Positions 44,521-54,268 of a stretch of 64,000 nucleotides of DNA are shown one piece after another. Position 1 is the stretch's first letter. Every line of letters starts with the position of its first letter. Made by a program: the position numbers and the translations under genes. Below the pieces are notes generated by a model. It made no database searches. It was not told where the DNA came from and was given only the letters and a program-made list of their open reading frames with translations. Origin of the DNA: Parcubacteria group bacterium Gr01-1014_31 (GTDB lineage Bacteria; Patescibacteriota; Patescibacteriia; Buchananbacterales; GWA2-38-13). The stretch covers positions 221,870-285,869 of the forward strand of contig VMFR01000002.1 of the NCBI GenBank assembly GCA_007376135.1. Reading direction: 5' to 3'.

Positions 44521-44732
44521 AGGGGAGATGAATAGTTCATTTGGGGGCGACAGCAAATACTTGATCGCCCCCTCCTACCATTGCGTTGCAATACCCAATT
44601 TTCCCTCTCCCCTTGATGGGAGAGGGTAGGGTGAGGGTGGAAATGCAGCGCAGCGGCGGGAGGAAATGGATTTTCCCGCGCCAAATGCCCGGCGCAAGTG
44701 AGCAAGTTCTTTGACTAAGGAAGGAGAAAGTT

Positions 44733-45233
44733 GTGTCCCAGTTCGATGTATTGCGGGACGCGCTCTACAGCGCTCTTCATAGTACGGACATTCCTTTCCG
44801 CGAAGACAAAGCTGAAGAAGGTTGGATCCTTGTGGAGGATGTTCCCGAGTTCGAGGTTCCCGTCGATTGTGAATCCGTTCCATTTTTCGAGAGTGGACGG
44901 CGAAGTATCTCGGGCAAGGAGATACTCCGGCGAGCCAAGGAGAATGGGGCGAACTTCGGCCAGCGGCATGCTGAACGCATCTTGTTGCACCAGCCAGGGA
45001 TTCTTGAAAGGATCTCCCGGGCGTGGAGGCGACCGCCGTGGTGGAGGAGATGGTTGGCGGCCGACCAACTACTCATTTTCCCCGGAACGATCTGGTACGT
45101 CATCGGAAGGGGCTACATGATTCCGTGCCTCTTCCGAGATGGCCCGAGTTGGCGTCTCACGTTCCAAGATCTTTCAGGGATCTATATTTCGAACTGTCGT
45201 CTGCTTCGTCCACGTTCCTGCGCCAAGCCATAG
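44733..45233 (+). CDS. small protein, divergent paralog family member 4 (166 aa, GTG start)
   Basis: ILRRAKENGANFGQRHAERILLHQPGI resembles MVERALKRDANLGEEDGALILEHQDEI; SD AAGGAAGGAG. Confidence 0.5.
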   Translation: MSQFDVLRDALYSALHSTDIPFREDKAEEGWILVEDVPEFEVPVDCESVPFFESGRRSISGKEILRRAKENGANFGQRHAERILLHQPGILERISRAWRRPPWWRRWLAADQLLIFPGTIWYVIGRGYMIPCLFRDGPSWRLTFQDLSGIYISNCRLLRPRSCAKP

Positions 45234-45378
45234 CGCAGTACGTGCATCCGGTCAATACATAAACCCTCGATTTTCCGAACAAGGAGATCGAGGGTTTTTC
45301 TTTTTGTAGAATTTTCGGCCCTCACCCTCTCCCTTGAGGGAGAGGGTATGAAATTATAACTCCCTAAGAAGCTACCAG

Positions 45379-46665
45379 CTACAAGCTGGTGATGGTGATT
45401 TTGAGGTACTCCATGACCTTGCGCGACACCAGGACGTTTTCGACGTAGGAGCGAAATTCCGGGCTCTTGGTTCGTTCGCGGATTTCCGGGTTGCCCTCGT
45501 AGGCGGAAAATTCGCGGGCCACGGCCGCATCCACCTCGGCGTCGGAGGCCGTTACCTGCTGCTGTTTGGCAATGAGGCGCGAGATGAGCGCGCCTTTGAC
45601 ACGCTTGATGGCCTGCGGCGTGAGATCCAGGAGAAGCTGCGCGCGGTCCTTTTTGATGCTGGCCAGATACTCGTCAAAGCCGATGCCTTGGTTGCCGACG
45701 TTGTGTTCAAGCTCCGCAGCCATGGTCTTGGTTTCGGTCGTGACCAGCAGGTCGGGGATGTCGGAGAATTTGCTCTTGGCGATGAGTTCGTCCATGACGG
45801 CGCCTTCCAGCCGGTCGTCTTCGCGCTTGGCGGCTTCCTGCAGGAGGCTGGCGCGCAGTTTTTCCTTCAGGTCGGAAAGCGATGCAAATTTACCCAGGCT
45901 TTTGGCGAACTCGTCGGTCAGTTCGGGCGGCGTCAGTTCGTAAACCCCCAGCACTTTGACGCGGAATTCCACGGTTTTGCCGGCGACCGCGCGGTTGTGG
46001 TAGTCGTCGGGCAGCTTGAGTGGGAAGGCTTTTTCCTGATTGGCGGCGAGCCCGATGACCTGCTCTTCAAATCCCGGCAAAAAGCGGTTTTCGCCCAGGA
46101 CCAGCGGCAGCCGTTCGGATTGGCCATGCTCCACCGGTACGCTTTCGTGGAAGGTATCCAATCGAATCTCCACCTTGTCCTTGGCGCGCGCGGGGCGCGT
46201 GACTAGCACTTCCGTGCGGCGCATCGTCCGCAGGTCTTCCAGGGTCTTTGTCACATCGGCATCCGCGACCGTTGGCGCACGGCGCTCCACCTTGATGCGC
46301 GAAAGGTCGCTCAACTGCACCTCGGGCAGTAGGTTGACGGTGGCGCGGTAGACGACCGGGTTGCCGGGCGCGAGCTTGGTGATTCCGATCTGCGGCGAGC
46401 CGACGGATTCCAATTTGGCTTGCGCGAGCGCTTGCGGGTAGGTGCGTTTGACCGCCGCTTCTAAGGCCTCTTCCCACAGCTTGGCCTCGCCGATCTTTTC
46501 TACCATCACTTCATATGGAGCTTTGCCCGCCCGGAACCCGGGGATGGTTAGGTGCGCGGAAACAACGGCTGCGGCGCGATGGAGGAACGGTGCGTACTCG
46601 TCCGCGGTGAGCGTGACGGTCAGCTCCGCCTGCCCGCGCGGCAGTTTTTTTGCAGCGACGTCCAT
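45379..46665 (-). CDS. tig: trigger factor
   Basis: IPGFRAGKAPYEV motif, PPIase and C-terminal domains, 428 aa. Confidence 0.9.
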   Translation of the reverse strand: MDVAAKKLPRGQAELTVTLTADEYAPFLHRAAAVVSAHLTIPGFRAGKAPYEVMVEKIGEAKLWEEALEAAVKRTYPQALAQAKLESVGSPQIGITKLAPGNPVVYRATVNLLPEVQLSDLSRIKVERRAPTVADADVTKTLEDLRTMRRTEVLVTRPARAKDKVEIRLDTFHESVPVEHGQSERLPLVLGENRFLPGFEEQVIGLAANQEKAFPLKLPDDYHNRAVAGKTVEFRVKVLGVYELTPPELTDEFAKSLGKFASLSDLKEKLRASLLQEAAKREDDRLEGAVMDELIAKSKFSDIPDLLVTTETKTMAAELEHNVGNQGIGFDEYLASIKKDRAQLLLDLTPQAIKRVKGALISRLIAKQQQVTASDAEVDAAVAREFSAYEGNPEIRERTKSPEFRSYVENVLVSRKVMEYLKITITSL

Positions 46666-46669
46666 GGGA

Positions 46670-48742
46670 TTAGCGGAACAGCGTGAACAGGGGCAGCAGC
46701 ACCAGCGTCAAGGTGGACAGCAGTTTAATGAGTACGTGCAAACTGGGTCCGGCGGTATCTTTGAACGGGTCGCCGACGGTATCGCCAACGACGGTTGCCT
46801 TGTGGACGTCGGAACCCTTGCCGCCGTAGACGCCGGTTTCCACATACTTTTTGGCGTTGTCCCACGCGCCGCCGCCGTTATTCAAGACCAGCGCCAGCAA
46901 GACGCCGGCGATGGTACCGACCATCAGTGTGCCACCGACGGCTTCCGGCCCCAGCAGCACGCCCACCAGCGTGGGGACTGCGACGGCGACGATGCCGGGC
47001 AGGACCATTTGTTTGAGGGCGCCTTTGGTGGCAATGTCCACACAGCGAGCGTAGTTGGGCTTGCTGGTCCCGGCCATGATGCCGGGATTTTCTTTGAACT
47101 GGTCGCGCACGTCGTTGATGATGTAGTACGCACCTTTGCCGACCGCGCGGATGGCCAGCGACGCGAACAGGAAGACCAGCATTCCGCCCATCAGCGCTCC
47201 GACGAACACCACGGGTTTGGCCAGGTCGATGGACTCCAGCCCGGCGGCTTCCAGGTACGCCGAGAACAACAGGAACGCCGCCAATGCCGCCGACCCGACC
47301 GCGTAGCCTTTGGTCAGCGCTTTGGTGGTGTTTCCCACGGCGTCGAGCTTGTCGGTCGTGTTACGCACATCTTCGGAAGCGTTGGACATTTCCACGATGC
47401 CGCCGGCGTTGTCCGTGATGGGGCCAAAGGTGTCCATCGCCAGCACATAGCCGACCGTGGACAGCATTCCCATCGTCGCGAGAGCGGTGCCGAACAGTCC
47501 ACCGCCATCCAATCCGGTGAGGCCACCCAGCCAGTGGGAGGTCAGGAGCGCGATGCCGACCACGACGACCGGGGCGAAGGTATTTTCCAGGGCGACGGCA
47601 AAACCGGTGATGATGTTGGTGGCCGCACCCGTCCGCGACGCTTCCACGATGGATTTGACCGGGCGGTAGCGGTGGCTGGTGTAGTACTGGGTGATGAACA
47701 GGAACGCCAGCGAGGTGAGCAGCCCCAGCAGCCCGCAGGCAGCAAACAGCAGCCACGCCTTCGGGGCGGTGTCCGTGTAGAGCAGCAGGCGCGCGGCGGC
47801 GGCAAAGCCGACGAACGCCAACGCCGCAGTGACCAAAAAGCCGCGGTTGAGCGACTTCATCGGGTCCTCGTCGCCTTTGACCTTGACGGTGAACACGCCG
47901 ATCATCGAAGCCACCAGGCCCAGCGCGTGGGCCACCAGCGCAAAGATGATGCCGCCCAGCCCGAAGACCTCGTACATCGCAATGCCGATGATCATGGCGC
48001 CCAGGCTCTCGGCGACGCTGCTTTCAAAGAGGTCGGCGCCGCGGCCCGCGCAGTCGCCGACGTTGTCGCCGACGAGGTCCGCGACCACGGCCGGGTTGCG
48101 CAGGTCGTCTTCCGGAATTCCGGCCTCCACTTTGCCGACCAGGTCCGCGCCGACGTCGGCGGCCTTGGTGTAGATGCCGCCGCCCAGTTGCGCGAATAGA
48201 GCGACCAAGCTGGCGCCAAAGCCAAAGCCGACCAGCTGCATCGGAACAGCGGTCGGGTTTTGCAGGCCGCCGAACAGGTAGAACAGGCCGGCGACGCCCA
48301 GCAGCGACAGGGAAACGACCAAAAATCCGGCGACCGCGCCGCCGCGCAGCGCCAGCTGCAGCGCGCGGTTCACGCCGACCTTGGCGCCTGCGGCCGTGCG
48401 GAGGTTGGCCCGGACCGCGATGGCCATGCCGAAGTACCCCGAGAGCGCCGACAGGACCGCGCCGGCGACAAACGCCCCGACGGTCTTCAGGCCGATTGCC
48501 ATTTCACCGCGCGCGCCGTACAGCACGTAGATGACCAGCGCCAGGATGCCGATGATGATGGCAATCGTGGTGTTCTGCCGCTTGAGGTACGCACCCGCGC
48601 CTTGCTTGATGGCGAGCGCCACCGACTGCATTTCCGCGGTACCGGTGTCCGCCTTAAGGACCTGACGGGAGAGCACGTAGGCCACGGCCACGCCGGCGAG
48701 GCCAACCACGAACACGAGGGTCAACATAGGGTAAAGAATCAA
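46670..48742 (-). CDS. hppA: membrane-bound H+(or Na+)-translocating pyrophosphatase
   Basis: about 16 TM, characteristic GGG..DNVGDxAG and KxxAxGxxxGxxLxGxxAVA motifs. Confidence 0.9.
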   Translation of the reverse strand: MILYPMLTLVFVVGLAGVAVAYVLSRQVLKADTGTAEMQSVALAIKQGAGAYLKRQNTTIAIIIGILALVIYVLYGARGEMAIGLKTVGAFVAGAVLSALSGYFGMAIAVRANLRTAAGAKVGVNRALQLALRGGAVAGFLVVSLSLLGVAGLFYLFGGLQNPTAVPMQLVGFGFGASLVALFAQLGGGIYTKAADVGADLVGKVEAGIPEDDLRNPAVVADLVGDNVGDCAGRGADLFESSVAESLGAMIIGIAMYEVFGLGGIIFALVAHALGLVASMIGVFTVKVKGDEDPMKSLNRGFLVTAALAFVGFAAAARLLLYTDTAPKAWLLFAACGLLGLLTSLAFLFITQYYTSHRYRPVKSIVEASRTGAATNIITGFAVALENTFAPVVVVGIALLTSHWLGGLTGLDGGGLFGTALATMGMLSTVGYVLAMDTFGPITDNAGGIVEMSNASEDVRNTTDKLDAVGNTTKALTKGYAVGSAALAAFLLFSAYLEAAGLESIDLAKPVVFVGALMGGMLVFLFASLAIRAVGKGAYYIINDVRDQFKENPGIMAGTSKPNYARCVDIATKGALKQMVLPGIVAVAVPTLVGVLLGPEAVGGTLMVGTIAGVLLALVLNNGGGAWDNAKKYVETGVYGGKGSDVHKATVVGDTVGDPFKDTAGPSLHVLIKLLSTLTLVLLPLFTLFR

Positions 48743-48752
48743 ACGTCAAAAA

Positions 48753-50075
48753 TTACGCGGTGGGAGCGGCCGGCTCTTCCGGCTTTGCTGCCGGTTCCGC
48801 CGGAACGGCCGCCGGGGCTTCGGCCGGGGCCTGGTCGACGGCACCGTCCGGGGTGGCCGACGCTTCGGGCGCGACGGTGCCGCCTTCCGCCAGTTTGCCC
48901 GACGAGATGATATCGATCTTGTAGCCGGTGAGTTTGGCCGCCAGCCGAACGTTCTGTCCCCCGCGGCCGATGGCCAGGCTCAGCTGGTCCTCCGGCACGG
49001 TGACCACCGCCGTGCGCGCTTCTTCGTTCACCTGGATGCTGGTGACCTTGGCGGGCGACAGGGCGTTGGCCAAAAATTCGTTGGGGTTGGCGTTGTACTG
49101 GATGATGTCGATTTTTTCGCCGCGCAGTTCGGCGATGATGGTCTGCACCCGAGCGCCGCGCTGACCGATGCAGGAGCCGATCGGGTCGATATTCTCGTCC
49201 TCGGTCCAGACGGCGACCTTGGTGCGCGAACCGGCTTCGCGGGCGATGCCCTTGATCTGCACCGTGCCGTTGGCAATCTCCGGGATCTCGGTGTGGAAGA
49301 GGGTGTCCACGATCTGCGCGTGGGACCGCGAGACGACGATCTCCGGTCCGCGGGTCCCCTTGGTCACGGAGATGATGTAGACTTTGATGCGTTCGCCGGG
49401 GATGTAGGGTTCGCGTTCGATCTGCTCTTCGGGCGGCAGCAACGCGGCCACGCGGCCCAGGTCGATCAGCACCATGCGCCCTTCGCGGCGCTGCACGGTG
49501 CCGACGACGATGGAGCCCTCGCGTCCCTTCAGTTCGTTGTAGACCATTTCCCGTTCCGCTTCGCGGATCTTCTGGGTGATGACCTGCTTGGCGGTTTGCG
49601 CGGCCATGCGGCCGAACGCGCCGGGAGTCGGCAGCTCCTGTACCAGTTCTTCGCCGACGTTGATGTCATCCTTGATCTTGCGGGCATCGGAAAGCTGGAT
49701 CTCGGTTTTCGGGTTGAAGCGCGGCTTGTCGGCTTCGTCCCCGGCGGGCAGGGTGCCATCAGCTGTTGCCGCGGGCGGGGTGGCGGGCAACGGTACGCCT
49801 TCGGCCGCCGCCGCTTGGGCGGCCTCCTGCAGCTCCGGCGGCAGGTCCTCGACGACCGTTTTGATGTCATGGACCGTCATTTTGCCGGTTTCCACGTCGA
49901 ATTTGACCTTGATGTTCTGCATCCGGTTGCCGTAGTCCTTTCGGTAGGCCGCGCCGAGCGCCGACTCGATGGTTTCAATGACGGCGTCGTAGGAGATGTT
50001 CTTCTCCTCGCAGATCTGTTTGATCGCCGCGGAAATCGCGGAGCGCTGTTCTACATCCATACGCATGGGTGCCAA
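48753..50075 (-). CDS. nusA: transcription termination/antitermination factor NusA
   Basis: N-terminal RNAP-binding domain, S1, KH1/KH2 (GSRTKVAVWTEDENIDPIGSCIGQRGARVQ). Confidence 0.9.
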   Translation of the reverse strand: MAPMRMDVEQRSAISAAIKQICEEKNISYDAVIETIESALGAAYRKDYGNRMQNIKVKFDVETGKMTVHDIKTVVEDLPPELQEAAQAAAAEGVPLPATPPAATADGTLPAGDEADKPRFNPKTEIQLSDARKIKDDINVGEELVQELPTPGAFGRMAAQTAKQVITQKIREAEREMVYNELKGREGSIVVGTVQRREGRMVLIDLGRVAALLPPEEQIEREPYIPGERIKVYIISVTKGTRGPEIVVSRSHAQIVDTLFHTEIPEIANGTVQIKGIAREAGSRTKVAVWTEDENIDPIGSCIGQRGARVQTIIAELRGEKIDIIQYNANPNEFLANALSPAKVTSIQVNEEARTAVVTVPEDQLSLAIGRGGQNVRLAAKLTGYKIDIISSGKLAEGGTVAPEASATPDGAVDQAPAEAPAAVPAEPAAKPEEPAAPTA

Positions 50076-50215
50076 GATTAAAAGGCAAAATTTTAAGTAG
50101 CCGTAAGGCTACCTTAAGTACAGTCTACGGGAATCCCGTAGCAGCTGTCAAGCACGTGTTCATCTTTGGCGCTGCCCCGACGCTCGACGGCGGTGCTGGC
50201 CGGGATCTGCCGTTG

Positions 50216-50578
50216 TTAGCCGGTGATGTTCTCTAAATGGATGATCTGCGGAGGTCCCTGGGTGGGGGTGGTGATACTGACCACGTCGATGCGGAAACTG
50301 GCGGGGGCGTGCAGCAGCCGCGCCAGGTAGGCGTTGACTGCGGCCAGCATTTTGCGCTGTTTGTCCGCCGTGACGGCGTCTTCGGGAAAGCCAAGGCCGC
50401 CGGGCGCGCGCGTTTTCACTTCGACGAACACCAGGCAGTCGCCGTCGCGGCAGACCAGGTCCAGCTCCCCCTCGCGGGTGCGAAAATTGCGAGCCACTGT
50501 CCGGTAACCTTTACGGCGTAAAAATTTTTCGGCCAGTCGCTCACCGCGCTGGCCCAGGAAATTTCCGATACGGCCCAT
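50216..50578 (-). CDS. YraN family (UPF0102) endonuclease
   Basis: GERLAEKFLRRKGY...ELDLVCRDGDCLVFVEVKTR; start trimmed. Confidence 0.8.
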   Translation of the reverse strand: MGRIGNFLGQRGERLAEKFLRRKGYRTVARNFRTREGELDLVCRDGDCLVFVEVKTRAPGGLGFPEDAVTADKQRKMLAAVNAYLARLLHAPASFRIDVVSITTPTQGPPQIIHLENITG

Positions 50579-50650
50579 CTCATGAAAGCGTAAAGCGTAA
50601 AATGGGGATCCCTCGACACTGTCCCGCGGCCGCGGAACTCCGCTCAGGAT

Positions 50651-50683
50651 GAAAAACCACGGCCTCAAGGCCGTGGTTTTTCA
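50651..50683. terminator. bidirectional terminator AAAAACCACGGCC-tcaa-GGCCGTGGTTTTT
   Basis: perfect 8-bp stem flanked by A5/T5. Confidence 0.8.
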
Positions 50684-51085
50684 CTTGGGCAAGTATCTTT
50701 CTTTTAGCAGGCGCTGTTCGCGCGCGGCGCGGCGCTGCGGCAGGCTCCCCCATTCTTTGCGGGCGATCGCGATGAGCCACCAGGCGGTGACCAGGACCCA
50801 GACGAGCAGCACGAGGCGGAGAGAGAGGATGGGCACGCCCAACCAGGCGACGAGCGTGAACAGGGCGCCGATGATGCCCATGGTCAGCAGCGGGATGCCG
50901 AGGCGCTTCAGTCCGGCGCGCAGGAGCGGGTCGGCGGTTTTCGCGGCGCGGCGCTGCAGGATGATGGCCGCCGCCAGACAGGCTGCGACGGCGATGGGCA
51001 GCAGCAGGCGACCGGCCGGTCCGAGCGGCTCGGGCCGCAGGTTCAAAAGATAATCGAAGTTAAGATAGTAGGAGATCTGGTTCAT
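50681..51085 (-). CDS. hypothetical membrane protein (3 TM)
   Basis: ORF track. Confidence 0.5.
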   Translation of the reverse strand: MNQISYYLNFDYLLNLRPEPLGPAGRLLLPIAVAACLAAAIILQRRAAKTADPLLRAGLKRLGIPLLTMGIIGALFTLVAWLGVPILSLRLVLLVWVLVTAWWLIAIARKEWGSLPQRRAAREQRLLKERYLPK

Positions 51086-51112
51086 AGAGGTCCTATCGTA
51101 CCTGCGCCCGCG

Positions 51113-51676
51113 CTATCGCGTCAATATCAGGCCGTAATGGTACTTGCCCGCCACGAAGGCTTCCAGCAGTTTGAACCCGGCGGCTTGGGCGTGCGTCGCG
51201 GCGGCTTTGGGCGTCAGGCGCGCTGACGCGGGCGGGCCGAATGGTGAAACACCCGGCTGCCAGTCCACCAAGGCAAGCCGCGCGCCGGGTTTCATGATGC
51301 GCCGGGCTTCGCGCAGCAGGGCGGCCCGGTCGGTGGATTGGAACAGGACGTTGACCACCAGTGCGGCATCCACATTCTCATTCGGAATGGGCGTAGCACC
51401 GGCAACTTCGAGATTAGACCAGATCGGTTTGACGTTGCTCGCGCCGTCTAAACGGGCTTTTTTGGCCAGCTCGGCGAGCGTGGATTTGAGAATGTCGACC
51501 GCGTACACCAGCCCGCGGGGGCCGACCAGTTTTGCCACGTGCAGCGTGAAGAGCCCGTGCCCGCCGCAGCCGAGATCCGCGACGCGCATTCCTTCGCGCA
51601 GGTTCAGCCGAGACATGACGTCCGCGACGTCGATCATCGAATTACTAGCGGCAACATAGGTCATAGGTCTGTCCAC
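51113..51676 (-). CDS. class I SAM-dependent methyltransferase
   Basis: motif I VADLGCGGHG. Confidence 0.8.
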   Translation of the reverse strand: MDRPMTYVAASNSMIDVADVMSRLNLREGMRVADLGCGGHGLFTLHVAKLVGPRGLVYAVDILKSTLAELAKKARLDGASNVKPIWSNLEVAGATPIPNENVDAALVVNVLFQSTDRAALLREARRIMKPGARLALVDWQPGVSPFGPPASARLTPKAAATHAQAAGFKLLEAFVAGKYHYGLILTR

Positions 51677-51718
51677 TCACAGTGTAGCAGTTCTGGCGGC
51701 CGCGCCGAAAGGCCGCCC

Positions 51719-52345
51719 TCACGCCGAGGCGAGCGCGGCGATCGGCCGATAAGAGCGGCGGTGCAGGGGGCAGCTGCCCAGGCGTTGCAGCGCCGCCCGA
51801 TGCTCGGGAGTGCCGTAGCCGCGATGGCGGTCAAATCCATAGCCGGCGTAGCGGCGGTGGAGGGCCGTCATCAGCCGGTCGCGGGTCACCTTGGCGATGA
51901 TGGACGCGGCCGCGACGGAGAATATCCGCGCGTCGCCGTCCACGACTTGCCGATGCGGGGTAGAGAAGGAAAATCCGCGGCCATCGACCAGGAGAAAATC
52001 GGCGCGCGTGGGGAGCGCGGCGGCGGCGCGCGTGAGCGCCTGCTGGTTGGCGGCGCTGAGCCCGAAGGCGTCGATCTCGCCGGCGGACACCGCGCCGACC
52101 GCCCACGGCAGCATGGCGGTCAGCTTCCCATACGCGCGTTCCCGCTGGCGTTCGCTCAATGTTTTGGAATCGCGCACCAGCCATGCGATGCGTTTGCATG
52201 ACTGCAGCAGCCCGGGGGAGATCGCGACGGCGCCGGCGATCAACGGGCCGGCCCAGGCGCCGCGGCCGACCTCATCCAACCCCGCGACGACCCTGACGCC
52301 GGCGGCAAACATTTCTTTTTCGTTTGAGAAGTTGGGGCGGATCAT
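51719..52345 (-). CDS. rnhB: ribonuclease HII
   Basis: GLDEVGRGAWAGPL active-site motif. Confidence 0.9.
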   Translation of the reverse strand: MIRPNFSNEKEMFAAGVRVVAGLDEVGRGAWAGPLIAGAVAISPGLLQSCKRIAWLVRDSKTLSERQRERAYGKLTAMLPWAVGAVSAGEIDAFGLSAANQQALTRAAAALPTRADFLLVDGRGFSFSTPHRQVVDGDARIFSVAAASIIAKVTRDRLMTALHRRYAGYGFDRHRGYGTPEHRAALQRLGSCPLHRRSYRPIAALASA

Positions 52346-52742
52346 TTGGCTGGGATAAGGTGGGGATAGTCTTGGTATAACACTTTGAAAGGTTGTGGGA
52401 AACGTGTACGGTAAGCGCGGAGTACTGCAAAAATATCAGTGGATAGATAATTTTTTGCTTATTTAAGCCATTAATTGTATTGACGGAGAGGCGAGGTACC
52501 GCTACCGTTCTCACAGAGCTATGCTAATCTCTCCTCCGTCACCAAACTCCGGCGCGCAATCCCCGCTCAAGGTACGGCAACAATTGGAACGTTTCCCCAC
52601 CCGCGACCTGGCGTCGCTATCGGCCAGGGCATGGGATCAGTTGCCGCTGCCGGCCGAAACCCAGGAAATGCTTCTGCGTTCGCTGCAGTAGGCAACGCGA
52701 TAAAAGAAAAACCCCCGAGGTCGGGGGTTTTGTATTGTTGGT

Positions 52743-53672
52743 TTATCGTTCCGGCCAACGGTAGCCCGGTACGGTCAGGAAGCGATGGGCTTCCAGCGCC
52801 GCTAGCGCTCCATCGCCGGCGGAAATAACTGTCTGCTTATAGGCGACATCCGTCACGTCACCGGCCGCGAATGCTCCCGGAATATTGGTGCGCTGCCGGG
52901 CGTCGACCAGGATCTCATGGGCATCGTTAGTTGCGAACGGCGCCACCAGCGCCGGGTCGGTATCCGAGCCGATCTCCAGGAACAAACCGTTGACCGCCAG
53001 CTCGCGGGTCGCGCCGGCCTGGTCGCGAACAGTCACGCCGTTGACGAACCGCTCACCGTGCACGGCCGTCACCTCGCTGTTTGGCACCAGCTGCACCGCG
53101 CTGGCCTTGAGTTTGGCGACCGTGATCTCGTCGGCGCGGAACGTGTCGCGCCGGTGAATAAGGTAGACGGGTTTGGCGATCTCGGCCAGTTCCAATGCCG
53201 CTTCGACGGCCGCGTTCCCGCCGCCGACGATGGCAATGGGCTTGCCCTTGAACAGCGGACCGTCGCAGGTGGCGCAGGTGGATACCCCGCGACCGAAGAA
53301 TTTATTCTCGCCGGGCACGTTGAGCCGCCGCGGGACCTTGCCAGCGGTGATGATGAGCGCGCGGCCGGAAATGGTTTCGCCGTTCTCCAGGGCGACGTGA
53401 AAGGTTCCGCCCGGCGTAATGACCCTCACTTTTGTCGCCGCCATCGGGGTGCCGAGCGCGGTCACCTGCGCTTTGAACTGTTCCATCAGCTCCAATCCGG
53501 GCATTGCCTTCGCGCCCGGGTAGTTCTCCACCCAGTTGGAGAGAGCCGTTGCCCCGCCCGTTTCCGGACTGACCACGATGCTCTGCAGCTGCTTGCGCAT
53601 GCTGTAGATGGCCGCGGTCAACCCCGCGGCGCCCGCGCCGATGATGATGACATCGTAGGTTTTCCCCGCCAT
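52743..53672 (-). CDS. trxB: thioredoxin-disulfide reductase
   Basis: FAD motif DVIIIGAGAAG, redox CATCDG, NADPH motif; start trimmed to MAGKTYD. Confidence 0.9.
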   Translation of the reverse strand: MAGKTYDVIIIGAGAAGLTAAIYSMRKQLQSIVVSPETGGATALSNWVENYPGAKAMPGLELMEQFKAQVTALGTPMAATKVRVITPGGTFHVALENGETISGRALIITAGKVPRRLNVPGENKFFGRGVSTCATCDGPLFKGKPIAIVGGGNAAVEAALELAEIAKPVYLIHRRDTFRADEITVAKLKASAVQLVPNSEVTAVHGERFVNGVTVRDQAGATRELAVNGLFLEIGSDTDPALVAPFATNDAHEILVDARQRTNIPGAFAAGDVTDVAYKQTVISAGDGALAALEAHRFLTVPGYRWPER

Positions 53673-53785
53673 ACCCGGTAGGACAATGGTCAAATGGGTA
53701 ATTTTTTCCTGCTCCTCGCTATGGGTTCCCCCCAACTTTTGGCATCCCGCGCCCGTCCGTTGTCCTACCGGGCAGAGGGGTGAGA

Positions 53786-54100
53786 TTAGAGGCCGCCAAG
53801 CTTGGCGCGCAAGGCTTCTTTGCTTTGCAAACCGATGAACTGGGCGACGGGCGCGCCGCCCTTGAACGCGATCAGCGTCGGGATGCTCATGATCTGGTAG
53901 CGGCCGCCGACGGTGGGATGCTCGTCGACGTTGACTGACACGAAGGTGACGTTTTTCATCTCCTCCGCGAGCTCTTCCAGGATGGGGTGCTGCACGCGGC
54001 ACGGCGCGCACCATGGCGCCCAAAAGTCCACCAGTACCACGCCGGGGGCTTTTAGAACTTCAGCTTCGAAATTTTGGTCGCCGACTTCACGAAGTGCCAT
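53786..54100 (-). CDS. trxA: thioredoxin
   Basis: WAPWCAPCR active site. Confidence 0.9.
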   Translation of the reverse strand: MALREVGDQNFEAEVLKAPGVVLVDFWAPWCAPCRVQHPILEELAEEMKNVTFVSVNVDEHPTVGGRYQIMSIPTLIAFKGGAPVAQFIGLQSKEALRAKLGGL

Positions 54101-54268
54101 AGCGTTGCAATAAAGTTACGAATCGTACCTGTGCAGTATACTCAAGACCGTATCGCCTGTCTACTTTCAAGGAAAAATATTTTTTTTGGCGCCGCCCGCC
54201 GGGAAAAAATCCGCGAATTACGCCTTGTTTTTGCGGTTTTTTCGTGATAGGATGGCGGTGATTATCGT

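Noticed and set aside
41459-45378. Integron gene-cassette array (attC sites) or RiPP precursor peptides for the small-protein array
   Set aside because: The inter-gene repeats lack the RYYYAAC/GTTRRRY core pairs of attC, and no intI is present. The paralogs are conserved along their full 115-aa length (folded-domain-like) rather than leader-plus-variable-core like RiPP precursors. The status is kept as unknown.
46442-48199. 585-aa plus-strand ORF antisense to hppA
   Set aside because: Low-complexity R/G/D/Q-rich translation; the minus-strand H+-PPase is unambiguous.
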